Below, one piece after another: positions 32,870 to 43,148 of a DNA stretch of 64,000 nucleotides. The notes under the pieces were generated by a model. The model was not told where the DNA came from. It searched no databases and saw only the letters and a program-made list of their open reading frames with translations. The translations under genes and the position numbers were made by a program. The DNA is taken from NCBI GenBank assembly GCA_031404815.1, contig JANNIH010000054.1:125509-189508 (forward strand), in the 5' to 3' direction. This stretch comes from Holophagales bacterium (lineage in GTDB: Bacteria > Acidobacteriota > Thermoanaerobaculia > Multivoradales > UBA5704). Positions within the stretch are counted from its first letter, which is position 1. Every line of letters starts with the position of its first letter.

Positions 32870-34138
32870 CTAACGGTTAATCCTGTCGAGCTGCGACATG
32901 CCGTTGCCGCTGACACAGGTGAGCGTGTAGGGGATCGGCGCGGGACCGACGGGCGGGTTCGCTGCATTGGCGGTGACTCGGATGATCCATGCGTCGGCAA
33001 AGCCATTGTTGATCGACTGCCGCTCGCGGGTGGTGAACTCGAGGGTCGACTGAAAGCCGCCGGTGATGACCGTGCCGTCGGGAGCGACCACTGTGAGCGC
33101 GAGGTTGGGGCTGTCCACGGAACACTCGACCAGGTCCGGATGGCGCAGGAAGACCGCGTGCAGGCCCGGGCTGAAGCCGGGAACGAAGACGAAATTGCCC
33201 CAGCCGGGAGTCGAATTCGTGCTCACCCGTCGCTGACGCAGCAGATCTTTGGGCTCGTACACCTTGCCCATCAAATAGTGGGCGTTTGAACCGCCGAGCA
33301 CCCGGCAGGAGGCGACCATCGACGGATTGGATGCGTTGGCGCCGGGCTCGACCTCGACCATCGCCCCGTCGATCGCCATTCCTCCGGCGCCGACGAGGGT
33401 GAACACGTCGACCAGAAGCTCGGCCGTCCAGGGCCCGAGGGCGACAACCGTGCTGCCGAGGATGCTGCCCGCCGAATCCTTGAGGGTGACCCGATAGAGG
33501 TTTCCGGTGCCGCCGGAGTCGTTGAAGGCGGAGATCAGGCAATCGGTCCGGAGCTTCACCGAGCCCGAGGCGCCGTTGCCGACGCCGGTGATGATCTGGG
33601 TCGATCCCTCGAGCGCGCCGAGCGGCAGACCGGGTTCGCTAAAACCGACCTCCGGATTGCCGGCAACGCCAGGAATCGCTTCGACGCGGGCGAGCGCCGA
33701 GATCCGCGTCGTCGCGGTGCCCTTTTGGGCGAAGATTGTGAGCGTCCCGCGATCGCCGACGGTGCCCGCCGGCTTCGATCCTTTGCACTTCTGTTCGAGC
33801 AGAGCCCGCAGGTTGAACCGCAGGACTCCGTCGGCCGGCACCGTGAGGACGAAGGTCTGCGTCGCCGGCGTCTTGTGATTCTCGCTGCACGTCAGCAGAA
33901 CCGGATTGGCCGAATTTCTCTCGCCGACGTAATTTATGAGGAGGGCGAGGGGAGTGGGGGGAGAGACCGAGTGGTTCTCGACGAAGATTTGCGTTTGGGT
34001 GTTGAAGCTCGGCGCATTGACGACAAAGGGCAGGACCACGGCGTAGCCGGAGCTGTCGGCGCTCATGGCGCGAGCGGGTGAAAGGGCGGCGAGCCACGCG
34101 AGGCAGGCGAGCGTCGAGGCGGTTTGGAGGGTTTTCAT
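32870..34138 (-). CDS. Secreted Cys-containing hypothetical protein (paralogue of the next gene)
   Basis: Signal peptide (ARA site), GAGGA RBS, blocks shared with 34152-35489. Confidence 0.75.
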   Translation of the reverse strand: MKTLQTASTLACLAWLAALSPARAMSADSSGYAVVLPFVVNAPSFNTQTQIFVENHSVSPPTPLALLINYVGERNSANPVLLTCSENHKTPATQTFVLTVPADGVLRFNLRALLEQKCKGSKPAGTVGDRGTLTIFAQKGTATTRISALARVEAIPGVAGNPEVGFSEPGLPLGALEGSTQIITGVGNGASGSVKLRTDCLISAFNDSGGTGNLYRVTLKDSAGSILGSTVVALGPWTAELLVDVFTLVGAGGMAIDGAMVEVEPGANASNPSMVASCRVLGGSNAHYLMGKVYEPKDLLRQRRVSTNSTPGWGNFVFVPGFSPGLHAVFLRHPDLVECSVDSPNLALTVVAPDGTVITGGFQSTLEFTTRERQSINNGFADAWIIRVTANAANPPVGPAPIPYTLTCVSGNGMSQLDRINR

Positions 34139-34151
34139 GGTCGTCCTCGTT

Positions 34152-35489
34152 TCAGAAGTCGTCGGTGGCCAGGTTGAGCGGCAACATCCCGGATGCGCCG
34201 CTGGAGCTCTCGCAGAGGACGCCGAACGCGCCGGGCGTGAGCCCGGAGGGGGGATAGCCGGTGGCGGGGGTTCCTCGCCACGAGACTTCCACGATCCACC
34301 TGCCGTTCACCCCCTGGCCGACCTGGTTCTTCATCCCGGTAAAGAAGCTCCCGGTGTTGCTGATATTGGGTCCGCCGGCGGCGACGACCCCGTCGGGGTT
34401 CAACACCCGCAGCTCCTGCCAGGGCGCCGGATTCTCCTGGGGGACCAGCACCGAGGGCACGATCCAGCAGCGCGCACGGTCCTCATGCCGCAGGTAGAGC
34501 GCCATCCGGACCTTGGTGCCCGGGTTCATCGTGACCCCCACCAGGGCTTTCCCGACGTAGAACTTGGTATCGCCTCGAACCGGCAGCCTCGATCGCGAGT
34601 GATCGTTCGGCTGCGGTGTGGTGGCTAGCCGAAAGTCTTCCGTTTTGGTCGAGAGCGTTTCGACGCTACAGCCCGCGACGAGGTTCGCTCCGATCGTCGG
34701 GGCGACGGCGTAGATCTCGGCGGTCACGTTGGAAAGCACCTGCGGCGGCAGATTCGTCTGCCCCAGCACGTTGGACAGCTTCACCATCGTCCAACGCCGG
34801 AGGCGAACCGCGATCGGTCCCCCCAAGGGCCGCGCACTGCCGGTGCTGTATTCCATCAACTGGACTGCGACATCCTTGTCCTCGCCCAGCGCACCGAGGT
34901 AGCAGTGCGACACCTTGGAGACGGCGGCGGTCGGCGGGTTGGGGATCTCTCCCTCCAGGCCGATGACCCGCAGCGTGCTCGCACGGAACGGGCCGGTGGT
35001 CCCGGGGTCCAGGGCGCCGACCGGCAAGCCCTCGACCCCGAACCGATCGCCATTCCTGGTGTTGACGATACTGGTGGCGAAAAAGGGATTGGTGTCGAAT
35101 CCGCCGAAGGTCGAGAGCTCCAGGAAGCCGACATTCTCGATGTCGGGGGTCCCGAGCGGGCAGAGCTTTGAAAGAGACGCTTGCTGCGTCTCTCCCGGTC
35201 GAAGAGTCGTGACTCCGCAGATCTGCACACCGACCGACGAAGCCGCGAACGGCGTGCCGTCCGCCCCGATGTACTTCGCGAAGACCTTGATGGTGAGCGT
35301 ACCCGGGTTGGTGAGGTAGATCGTCGATTCACGCTCCAGGCCGCTCACGGCATAGGGCAGGATGACGATCCGGCCCGCTCCATCCAGGCTGGTGGCGCGG
35401 GCGGGACGGACGGCGCCCGGCAAGAGGGCGACCGCCAAGAGCATCAGGGCGGGCAACCCGGCGCATCGATTCATTTTCTTGTCAACCAT
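34152..35489 (-). CDS. Secreted Cys-containing hypothetical protein
   Basis: Signal peptide (ARA site), GGAGA RBS, blocks shared with 32870-34138. Confidence 0.75.
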   Translation of the reverse strand: MVDKKMNRCAGLPALMLLAVALLPGAVRPARATSLDGAGRIVILPYAVSGLERESTIYLTNPGTLTIKVFAKYIGADGTPFAASSVGVQICGVTTLRPGETQQASLSKLCPLGTPDIENVGFLELSTFGGFDTNPFFATSIVNTRNGDRFGVEGLPVGALDPGTTGPFRASTLRVIGLEGEIPNPPTAAVSKVSHCYLGALGEDKDVAVQLMEYSTGSARPLGGPIAVRLRRWTMVKLSNVLGQTNLPPQVLSNVTAEIYAVAPTIGANLVAGCSVETLSTKTEDFRLATTPQPNDHSRSRLPVRGDTKFYVGKALVGVTMNPGTKVRMALYLRHEDRARCWIVPSVLVPQENPAPWQELRVLNPDGVVAAGGPNISNTGSFFTGMKNQVGQGVNGRWIVEVSWRGTPATGYPPSGLTPGAFGVLCESSSGASGMLPLNLATDDF

Positions 35490-35538
35490 GGTCGGTGTCT
35501 CCGTGAGCGACGGCGAAAGGCCGCCTTCACCTCTCTAT

Positions 35539-35562
35539 GCGGATTTGGCGAAACTTTTTTTC
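35539..35562 (-). promoter_or_regulatory. Conserved upstream motif, copy A (GAAAAAAAGTTTCGCCAAATCCGC)
   Basis: 19/24 identical to 39848-39871; 49 nt before the ATG at 35489. Confidence 0.55.
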
Positions 35563-35582
35563 GCCGGCTTAAGCGGCGACGA

Positions 35583-37529
35583 TCAGGCCGCCTTGCGCCT
35601 GCCGACCAGAGCGATCAAGCGCACAGCCGGGTCGGCGTCCTTGCTTGCCCGAGCGAAGATCTGCGCGGTGCGAGGGTCGGCGGGGAAGCGCAGCCTTAGG
35701 GCGCGCAGCAGGGAGGCACGAACCTCCAGCGTGCGCGGTACTCCGTTCTCGACGCCATAGTCGAGCTCGAAGGCTTTGGTGAGCCCTCCGATCGCCTCCG
35801 GCTGATCGAGCCGCACGAGAGCCAGGGCGGCAGACAGGCGAACCGCGGGCTCGAGGTTGGCAAGCAGTCCCAGGAGGATGCGCGCCGCTCCGGGCGGTTG
35901 GCTGGCCGCCAGCGCGTCGGCGGTCTGCCAGCGCAGTTGGGCGATCGCCGCCTCCCGCTGGTTTGCCTTGGCGAGAAATCGCGAGCGCTCGCCCGCCGCC
36001 AGATTGCCGATCAGCTGCACCGCCTGGCGAATCTGCTTGACCGTGCTCGGCGCGGCGAGACCGGCGGTCGCCACCGACGTGGCCACGGCGTAGAGGATGG
36101 GCTTGATCGCGCGCCAGACCGAAAGGAAGCCCCGCGGATCGAGCGCCCAATCCTCCTTGGCGAGAGCCGCCTCGACTGCCGGCAGCTGCGAGGCGTCGCC
36201 GAGCTCGAGCAGACCGACCCGCACCCAGGCGGTGAGCCAGTCGTTGGGCGGTCCCTCGGCGAGGGCCTGAGCCAGGGCACTACGCGCGCGCGTTCCGCCC
36301 AGCTCGACGAGATCGCGCACGACCCGGGCGCGGATGTCCGGCTTCTTCGCTTCCATCACGCGGCGCTTGCCGATCACCTCCACCGCCCAGCGGAACGCGG
36401 CTTCGTCGCCCGACTCGTAGAGCGCCTGCGCCGCGCGAATCTGCTCTTGCGGGTCGCGGTTGTCCAGCTCGCCGCGCAGCTGTCGGGTCGCCGCCTCGTC
36501 GTGGAAGCCAACGACCAGGCCGCGCAGGGCGGCCTGCTTGGCTTCCGGGTTGTGCCGGTGCTTGGCCAGCCGGCGCAACGTCTCCAAGGCGCGCGGATCG
36601 CGCGAGCGGCCGAGCCCCTCGGCGACGCCCCGCCGGTAGGGCTCGTTCGGCTTGCCCGCGGCATAGGCCAGCAGCCGGCCGAGGGCGCGCTCCTTCGCCT
36701 CGGGAAGTAGGGCGCCCGAGCCGGCGAGCGTGCCCAGCCCTTCGAGCGCGGCGTTGCGCAGTTGCACGAGCCCCGGATCGGGCGGGGCGTCTTTCGGCTT
36801 CTTCTCGGTCTCGCCGCCGAGGCCGCCGAAGCCGGCCATTCCGGCCATGTTCGCCACATTGGTCATCGAGAGAGATTCGGCGTTGTCGAGCATCCAGACG
36901 AAGAGCTTCTCGGCGCGGACCGGCCCTAAGTCCACCAAGCCGTCGAGGCAGGCGTCCGGCACCCATTCCGCTTGCAGAAGCTGGAGGCAGTTGACGTAAA
37001 AGCGGGCCGCTCCTTGAGCTTCGCCGGCCTTCTCGAGCGCCTGGGCGGCGGCGATGCCGCGCACCCAAGGGTCGGTCATTGCAGTTTGGATCTCGCGCTC
37101 CAATCGTCCGGCCTGTAGCGTCGGCATCGCCGGGCCGACACCCAGCACGCCGAGCGTCAGCAGGCCCTTCGCGCTCATCGCCTCTTTGCCCGCCTCCTGC
37201 ATGGCGCGCAGGGTGGGAGAGGAGAGCACGCCTCCGGCTCCCTGCATCATCAGAGTCATGAATTGGGTCTGAGCCGAGAGCGCTGTTTTCAACTGATCGA
37301 GCGCGCTCGCCCGCTCGCTCTCGGTCAGCAGCGGAGCCCCCTCCTCCAACAGGAAGTTGGCGACCACGGGGTTTCGAGTCTCCGAGAGCGAGCCCTCGGC
37401 CAGGATCGCCGCCACCTCGTCGTCGGCCGCAACGAGCGGTGCGGGGGCAAGGCCCAACGACCCAACCCCCAGGGCCAGGGCTGATGCTGCCGCGAACGAG
37501 CGGTTTCGGCAAGGGCGGCGGGGGCTCAA
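35583..37529 (-). CDS. Exported HEAT-repeat protein
   Basis: Signal peptide; repeated VRLSAALAL / LRNAALEGLG / QIRAAQAL HEAT-PBS-like helices. Confidence 0.75.
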   Translation of the reverse strand: MSPRRPCRNRSFAAASALALGVGSLGLAPAPLVAADDEVAAILAEGSLSETRNPVVANFLLEEGAPLLTESERASALDQLKTALSAQTQFMTLMMQGAGGVLSSPTLRAMQEAGKEAMSAKGLLTLGVLGVGPAMPTLQAGRLEREIQTAMTDPWVRGIAAAQALEKAGEAQGAARFYVNCLQLLQAEWVPDACLDGLVDLGPVRAEKLFVWMLDNAESLSMTNVANMAGMAGFGGLGGETEKKPKDAPPDPGLVQLRNAALEGLGTLAGSGALLPEAKERALGRLLAYAAGKPNEPYRRGVAEGLGRSRDPRALETLRRLAKHRHNPEAKQAALRGLVVGFHDEAATRQLRGELDNRDPQEQIRAAQALYESGDEAAFRWAVEVIGKRRVMEAKKPDIRARVVRDLVELGGTRARSALAQALAEGPPNDWLTAWVRVGLLELGDASQLPAVEAALAKEDWALDPRGFLSVWRAIKPILYAVATSVATAGLAAPSTVKQIRQAVQLIGNLAAGERSRFLAKANQREAAIAQLRWQTADALAASQPPGAARILLGLLANLEPAVRLSAALALVRLDQPEAIGGLTKAFELDYGVENGVPRTLEVRASLLRALRLRFPADPRTAQIFARASKDADPAVRLIALVGRRKAA

Positions 37530-38392
37530 TGTCCCTCCTCGGAGAGGTCCGGCATCGCCGGCCCCCCCTGCATGATCTCGGTCTCCGCAAATCCGGTGGG
37601 GATCTGGAACGTCGAAGCGGGCAGGGTCGCCTCGACCAGATCCTTGATCACCACCGTCGTCGTGGACCGGTCATCTCCGCCGAGGCCAGACGCGCGACGC
37701 GCGAGCAGCCCCATCATCCCCGACCCCTTCGAACGCATCTTGGTCTCGGTCACCGTGACCTGCTTGAGCGGCAGACCCACGACCGTGGCTTTCACTTTTC
37801 GCTCCAGTTGGAACAGCTCCTGAGGTGTCCCGGCGCCCCCGCCGAGGCCCGAAAGGGATTGCGCGGTTCCCCCCACCTCGATCGTCGGCGCCGTCCAGAG
37901 GTCCTCGATGACATCGTTTGCCTGCGTTGTCTTCATCCCCATCGGCATCGAGAGGACCGACGTGTAGGTGGTGTGGAAGCGGTAGTGCGTCGTCGGATGT
38001 CCGAGTAGGTCCAAGCCGGGCTCTTCCAGCAGCTTGACCATCTTCGGATCTTCGATCGTCATCTCGAAGCCCGATCCGGCCATCGCTTCCATTCCTGACC
38101 CTAAAGCCCGGGCGTCGAACCGCGCGTAGCTCTTCCGCTTCGGGTTCACCAAGAAGACCTTCTTTCCCGAGTCCTGGATCAGAAGGTACGAACCGCTCTC
38201 GATCATGGGGTTGTCGGTCGCCAGGAATTCGATCTTCGCGGAGCTCCCTTCCAGCCACACCTTTTGTGTGGTGGCGAGGTCGCCGTCTCCACCCGTGGCT
38301 TGGGTGGTTTGGGCTTGGGTCCACAACCAACCGCCGAAGGCCGGCGATGCAAGGAGGCAAAGGGCAGAGGCCAAGACAATCGATCGGGACAT
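37526..38392 (-). CDS. Secreted protein, DUF4412-like
   Basis: AGGAG RBS before ATG 38392; signal peptide; VNPKRKSY, LLGHPTTHY, GLPLKQ, LPASTFQIPTGF. Confidence 0.65.
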   Translation of the reverse strand: MSRSIVLASALCLLASPAFGGWLWTQAQTTQATGGDGDLATTQKVWLEGSSAKIEFLATDNPMIESGSYLLIQDSGKKVFLVNPKRKSYARFDARALGSGMEAMAGSGFEMTIEDPKMVKLLEEPGLDLLGHPTTHYRFHTTYTSVLSMPMGMKTTQANDVIEDLWTAPTIEVGGTAQSLSGLGGGAGTPQELFQLERKVKATVVGLPLKQVTVTETKMRSKGSGMMGLLARRASGLGGDDRSTTTVVIKDLVEATLPASTFQIPTGFAETEIMQGGPAMPDLSEEGH

Positions 38393-38421
38393 GGGGGTTC
38401 TCCTGGCAGAGGTGCAAGCGG

Positions 38422-39801
38422 TCATTGCCCGGCCGGGCTGTTCAGATAGCGCGCTACGCCGAACGACACGCCGATTGAAGGGAAGGCGGGGAACACCGGA
38501 CCCACCACGACGATTCGACCGTTGGTCTGAATCTCCATCGCCTCAACACTCGATCCGACGCTCCCCGGGAACCGCGTCCGCACTCGGCCGGCCACGCCGA
38601 AGGTCGAATCGAGCTGACCGTTCGCGGTGTAGCGCGCCAGCCCAAACGCTCCATCTCCGGCACCGGGCTGGCTCTCGTCGATCTGGCCGGCCACCACGAT
38701 CTTGCCGTTGGTCAGGACGCGCAGGTCGTCGACGCCGTCGAACTTCTGCGCGAAGTCGGTCGTCACCCGACCGGCGGTGCCGAAGGTTGGGTCGAGCTTG
38801 CCGTTCGCGGTGAAACGCAGCACGGCAAAGTCCATGTTTGCTGCCCCTCCACCCCCTCCAGTCATTGCGATGCCGCCGCCGACCAGGAACTTCCCGCCGG
38901 CAAGCAGAGCGACCGCGGTCGCGGCGGAGCTCTGGCCGAAGCTCAGCAGGGTCTTGCCGGCAACACCGAACGTGGGGTCGGGTTTGCCCTGCTTGGTGTA
39001 GCGCGCGAGCGCCATTTTGAACGGTCCGCCGGTCGGGCCGGTGCCGGACGGCCCGACGGCCAAGATCCTGCCGTCGGGAAGAAGGGTGAGCGCCTCGATC
39101 GAGTCGTCCCGCCCGGCAAAGTCGGTGGTGACCTTGCCGGCGGTCCCGAAGGTGGTGTCGAGCGCGCCGTTCGGCAGAAAGCGGGCGAGCGCAAAGTTGT
39201 GCCTCCCCAAGGGTCCAGATCTGCCTCCGGCGAGGATTTTGCCGTCGGGCTGCCGGGCCAGCACGAGCACCCAGTCATCGGCGCCGAGGTTGGTCTTCAC
39301 CTTGCCGCCGGTCCCGAAAGCGGGGTCGGGCAGTCCGTTGGGGAGAAACCGCATGAGCACGAAATCGACGCCCGGGTCGAGCGGCGAAGAAGCCGCCCAA
39401 CCGCCCACCACCAGCTTGCCGTTGGGCTCGCGCAGCAGCGCGAAACCCTCTTCGATCGAGAAGGCACCGAAACCGGCTCGGACCAGGCCGGTGCCGCCGA
39501 AGGAAGAGTCGAGCGAGCCGTCGGGGTTGTAGCGCGCCAGCGCGAAATCGGCCGGATCGCTGATGTCGCTCGCCCAGCCGGCGACCACGAGTTTTCCGTC
39601 CGGCTGCACGACGAGGTCGAACGCGTAGTCGGTGTTGATCGGGCTCGCCGGGTTGAACAGGGTCGTGACAAGCCCCGTGCCCCCGCCGAAGCTTCCGTCC
39701 AAGGTTCCGGCGGCGGCGAGCGCCCGGGTCTGAGCGTGGGCCGAGGCCACCGAGCCGGCCGCCAGGAGAATGAATGTGCTGATCCGTAACCGGTACCGCA
39801 T
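38422..39801 (-). CDS. Delta-60 repeat (beta-propeller) secreted protein
   Basis: Seven LDxxFGxxG...QPDGKIVV(A)G...LARY repeats after a signal peptide. Confidence 0.88.
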   Translation of the reverse strand: MRYRLRISTFILLAAGSVASAHAQTRALAAAGTLDGSFGGGTGLVTTLFNPASPINTDYAFDLVVQPDGKLVVAGWASDISDPADFALARYNPDGSLDSSFGGTGLVRAGFGAFSIEEGFALLREPNGKLVVGGWAASSPLDPGVDFVLMRFLPNGLPDPAFGTGGKVKTNLGADDWVLVLARQPDGKILAGGRSGPLGRHNFALARFLPNGALDTTFGTAGKVTTDFAGRDDSIEALTLLPDGRILAVGPSGTGPTGGPFKMALARYTKQGKPDPTFGVAGKTLLSFGQSSAATAVALLAGGKFLVGGGIAMTGGGGGAANMDFAVLRFTANGKLDPTFGTAGRVTTDFAQKFDGVDDLRVLTNGKIVVAGQIDESQPGAGDGAFGLARYTANGQLDSTFGVAGRVRTRFPGSVGSSVEAMEIQTNGRIVVVGPVFPAFPSIGVSFGVARYLNSPAGQ

Positions 39802-39847
39802 CGCTTGAGCCTCCGCCGGGCGATAAGTCGCCCTCTACTAGAGGCAA

Positions 39848-39871
39848 GCGGATTCGGCGTGAAATTTTTTC
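39848..39871 (-). promoter_or_regulatory. Conserved upstream motif, copy B (GAAAAAATTTCACGCCGAATCCGC)
   Basis: 19/24 identical to 35539-35562; 46 nt before the ATG at 39801. Confidence 0.55.
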
Positions 39872-39971
39872 AGGGCGCTTCTATGATCGGTTTCGATGCA
39901 GGGTAGAGACGCCCCGGTACCCAACCACGATCCTCTCCGGGTGCTGGCCGTCGAGGCGTCTCCTGGGCGCC

Positions 39972-40002
39972 TTGACACCCTCTTCCCGTGGCGTGTATAC
40001 AT
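39972..40002 (+). promoter_or_regulatory. Sigma70-type promoter with palindromic operator for the TA operon
   Basis: TTGACA at 39972, TATACA 18 nt later, inside the palindrome TGTATACA. Confidence 0.6.
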
Positions 40003-40024
40003 CGGATAGCCGAAAGGGAAGGCC

Positions 40025-40270
40025 ATGATGAGCACGAAACTGCAGAAGTGGGGCAACAGCCAGGGGCTGCGACTGTCCAAGCAAGCTCTCGACCTCGCCG
40101 ACCTTACCGTCGGTGATGAGGTCGAGATCATCGTTGGCGATGGCCAGATTCTCATCCGGAAGCCCCCCCGGCCCCGGTTTGACTTGGCAGAGCTGGTGGC
40201 GCGCATCCCCAAGGGCTATCGGGTCGAAGAGGTGGACTTTGGGCCTCCCGTGGGCCGGGAAGAGTGGTAA
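40025..40270 (+). CDS. mazE: AbrB/MazE family antitoxin
   Basis: KLQKWGNSQGLRL, FDLAELVA, C-terminal GPPVGREEW. Confidence 0.9.
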   Translation: MMSTKLQKWGNSQGLRLSKQALDLADLTVGDEVEIIVGDGQILIRKPPRPRFDLAELVARIPKGYRVEEVDFGPPVGREEW

Positions 40271-40606
40271 ATGCCGCTCTACATCCCGCGCAAAGGCGAT
40301 TTTCTCACCTTGTCGTTCGACCCGCAGGCCGGCCATGAGCAGAAAGGGCGGCGCCCGGCGCTGGTGATCAGCAACGATCTGTTCAATCGTCACACCGGAC
40401 TAGCGATCGTCGTCCCGATTACGAATACGGATCGAGGGTACCCGTTTCACCTCACGGTCCCCGGAAGCTCCTCGTTGACCGGCTTCGCGATGGTCGAGCA
40501 AGTGAAATCGGTGGACTTCGCGAAGCGCCGCGCGGCGTTTGTGGAGCAGGCCCCAGTCGACTTCGTCGACGACGTTCTGGCGCTTGTCGAGGCTTGCTTG
40601 CGCTGA
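40271..40606 (+). CDS. mazF: MazF/PemK family endoribonuclease toxin
   Basis: FDPQAGHEQKGRRPALVIS, VVPIT, EQVKSVD; abuts the antitoxin. Confidence 0.92.
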   Translation: MPLYIPRKGDFLTLSFDPQAGHEQKGRRPALVISNDLFNRHTGLAIVVPITNTDRGYPFHLTVPGSSSLTGFAMVEQVKSVDFAKRRAAFVEQAPVDFVDDVLALVEACLR

Positions 40607-40657
40607 CAGCCTCGGCGTCATGCAGTCGAGTCCGCCGGCCGCCCCGCTCCGCCGAGG

Positions 40658-42268
40658 TCAGTCGATCTGTGGGCCGGCCGCCTTGACCGCCGCCGTGACG
40701 CCGCTCGCGTATTTCTCGAAGTTGGTGACGAACATTCGCGCCAGCTCGGTCGCTTTGGCGTCGTAGGTGGCGGCGTCCGCCCAGGTCTCGCGCGGGTGGA
40801 GGACTTCGGTCGGAACGTCGTGGACTTCCTCGGGCACGCTCAAGCCGAAGATCGGATCGATCCAGAACGGTCCCGCGTCGAGTTCGCCGCCGAGTGCGGC
40901 CTGAAGCAGCCTTCGGGTCAGCGAGAGTTTCATCCGGCTGCCGGTTCTGTAAGGTCCTCCTGTCCAGCCGGTGTTGACCAGCCAGACCTTCGCGCCCCCC
41001 TCGCGCAGGCGGTCGCCGAGCATCTTGGCGTACACCCCCGGGTGGAGCGGTAGGAACGGCGCGCCGAAACAGGCCGAGAAGGTCGCCTTCGGCTCGGTGA
41101 CTCCCCGCTCGGTGCCTGCCACCTTCGCCGTGTAGCCGGACAGGAAGTGGAACATCGCCTGCTCTTCGGTGAGGCGCGAGATCGGCGGCAGAACACCGAA
41201 GGCGTCGCAGGTCAGGAACACGACGTTCTTCGGCTGGCCGGCGGTGCCGGAGGGATCGACGTTCGACAGGTGGGTTACGGGATAGCTGCCGCGCGTGTTT
41301 TCGGTTTTGCCGTCGTCGTCGAGGTCGAGCGTTCTCCGCTCTCGGTCGTAGGTGACGTTCTCAAGGATCGTGCCGAACCGCCGCGTCGTCGAGTAGATCT
41401 CGGGCTCGCCCTCGGGCGAAAGCCGGATCATCTTGGCGTAGCAACCCCCTTCGATGTTGAACACGCCGTCCGGCCCCCAGCCGTGCTCGTCATCGCCGAT
41501 CAGGGTCCGTTCGGGATCGGCCGACAGGGTGGTCTTGCCGGTGCCCGAGAGCCCGAAGAAGAGCGCCACGTCGTCTTTCGTCGCTCCGTAATTCGCGCTG
41601 CAGTGCATCGACAGGACGTCGTTCTTCGGCAACACGTAGTTCATGACGCTGAAGATGCTTTTCTTGATCTCCCCGGCGTAGGCGGTGCCGCCGATCAGGA
41701 CGCACTTCCGATCCAGGTCGAGCAGAATGAAGACGCCGGAGCGGGTGCCGTCACGCTCCGGTTCAGCTTCGAGGCCGCAGACGTCGAGGACCAGGAAGTC
41801 GGGCTCGAAGGCTTCGAGCGCCTCGCCATCCTCTTCGCGCACGAACATGTTGCGCGCAAAAAGGCAGTGCCAGGCTTTTTCGGTGACCACCCGGACTTTG
41901 ATCCGGTAGCGCGGATCGCAACCGGCATAGCCGTCGAAGACGAACAGATCTTTGCCCGCCACGTGGTCGCGCGCCCGCTCGAACAGCGCGTCGAACTTCT
42001 CCGGAGCGAACGGCTTATTGACGTTACCCCACCAGATTTCGCTTTCGCTCCCCTCGTGGCGGACGACGAACTTGTCCTCCGGCGACCGACCGGTATAGGC
42101 GCCGGTGTCGCAAAGCAGCGGCCCCTCGGCAGCCAAGAAGGCCTCGTCGCGGCGAATCGCCTGCTCGCAAAGAGCGGCGGGAGAGAGATTCCAGAAAGCG
42201 GTTCGAGCGCGTTCCAGGCCGTGTCGGTCAAGGCCGAAACGGCTCACGAAAGGACCTTCGCTTCGCAT
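40658..42268 (-). CDS. pckA: Phosphoenolpyruvate carboxykinase (ATP)
   Basis: [51 protein letters not shown]. Confidence 0.97.
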   Translation of the reverse strand: MRSEGPFVSRFGLDRHGLERARTAFWNLSPAALCEQAIRRDEAFLAAEGPLLCDTGAYTGRSPEDKFVVRHEGSESEIWWGNVNKPFAPEKFDALFERARDHVAGKDLFVFDGYAGCDPRYRIKVRVVTEKAWHCLFARNMFVREEDGEALEAFEPDFLVLDVCGLEAEPERDGTRSGVFILLDLDRKCVLIGGTAYAGEIKKSIFSVMNYVLPKNDVLSMHCSANYGATKDDVALFFGLSGTGKTTLSADPERTLIGDDEHGWGPDGVFNIEGGCYAKMIRLSPEGEPEIYSTTRRFGTILENVTYDRERRTLDLDDDGKTENTRGSYPVTHLSNVDPSGTAGQPKNVVFLTCDAFGVLPPISRLTEEQAMFHFLSGYTAKVAGTERGVTEPKATFSACFGAPFLPLHPGVYAKMLGDRLREGGAKVWLVNTGWTGGPYRTGSRMKLSLTRRLLQAALGGELDAGPFWIDPIFGLSVPEEVHDVPTEVLHPRETWADAATYDAKATELARMFVTNFEKYASGVTAAVKAAGPQID

Positions 42269-42359
42269 GCGTTCCCCCGGCGGTGTGCGGAATAGACATC
42301 AGGATGTGATCGGCGGTGGATCTTAGAGCATCTCGGCGGAATTGGTAGAGTCCCACGGC

Positions 42360-43148
42360 ATGGCAACCCCAAGAATGCCTCCCGCCGTCGTTCTCGTCCG
42401 TCCGCGCGAGGAAGGAAACGTCGGTTCTTCGGCCCGGGCGATGGCGAACACCGGCCACCACCAGATGCTGCTGGTCGAACCGGCCGCGCTGTTGGGCGAC
42501 ACCGCGCGCAGGTTCGCGGTGGGTGCCCACCACGTGTTGGATTTCGCCGCGCGCCATGGCTCACTCGCCGAGGCCTTGGCACCGTTCCGCCGCGTGGTGG
42601 CGACGACCTCCACCCGCGACCGGAAACTTGACGTGCCGTTGATCTCGCCGAAGGAGCTGCCGGACCTCCTCGCCGACGACCCGCCCGATCTGCCCACCGC
42701 GATCGTTTTCGGCCCCGAGGTCGGTGGCCTGACCGGCGACGAACTCGCGCTCGCGCATGCCGTGGTGCACATCCCATGTGCGCCGGAACAGCCGACGCTC
42801 AATTTGGGCCAGGCGGTCTTGATCGTCGGTTACGAGCTGTTCCAGGCCCGGCGCTCCGCAGGCGAGTCTGCGAGCGCGCCTCCGGGTGTTTCGGCTCCGT
42901 TCGAACCGGCCGCGACTTCCGACGTGGAGGGGCTGTTTATGCATATCACCGAAGTGCTCGGTGCGGTCGGCTTCGCTCGTGACGACAGCTTCGATGGCGT
43001 TCTGCGGGATCTTCGCCAGTTGGCCGGACGAACCGACCTTTCCGTGCGCGAAGTTCGGATCCTGCGCGGCATTTGCCGCCGGACGGCGAACGCATTGGCG
43101 GGAAGACTTCGAGCGGTGAGGGGGACAGAGGAGACCTCCGCGCTCTAG
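42360..43148 (+). CDS. TrmJ/TrmH family SPOUT RNA methyltransferase
   Basis: VVLVRP...GNVGSSARAM, IVFGPE..GL, TLNLGQAV.IVGYEL. Confidence 0.88.
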   Translation: MATPRMPPAVVLVRPREEGNVGSSARAMANTGHHQMLLVEPAALLGDTARRFAVGAHHVLDFAARHGSLAEALAPFRRVVATTSTRDRKLDVPLISPKELPDLLADDPPDLPTAIVFGPEVGGLTGDELALAHAVVHIPCAPEQPTLNLGQAVLIVGYELFQARRSAGESASAPPGVSAPFEPAATSDVEGLFMHITEVLGAVGFARDDSFDGVLRDLRQLAGRTDLSVREVRILRGICRRTANALAGRLRAVRGTEETSAL

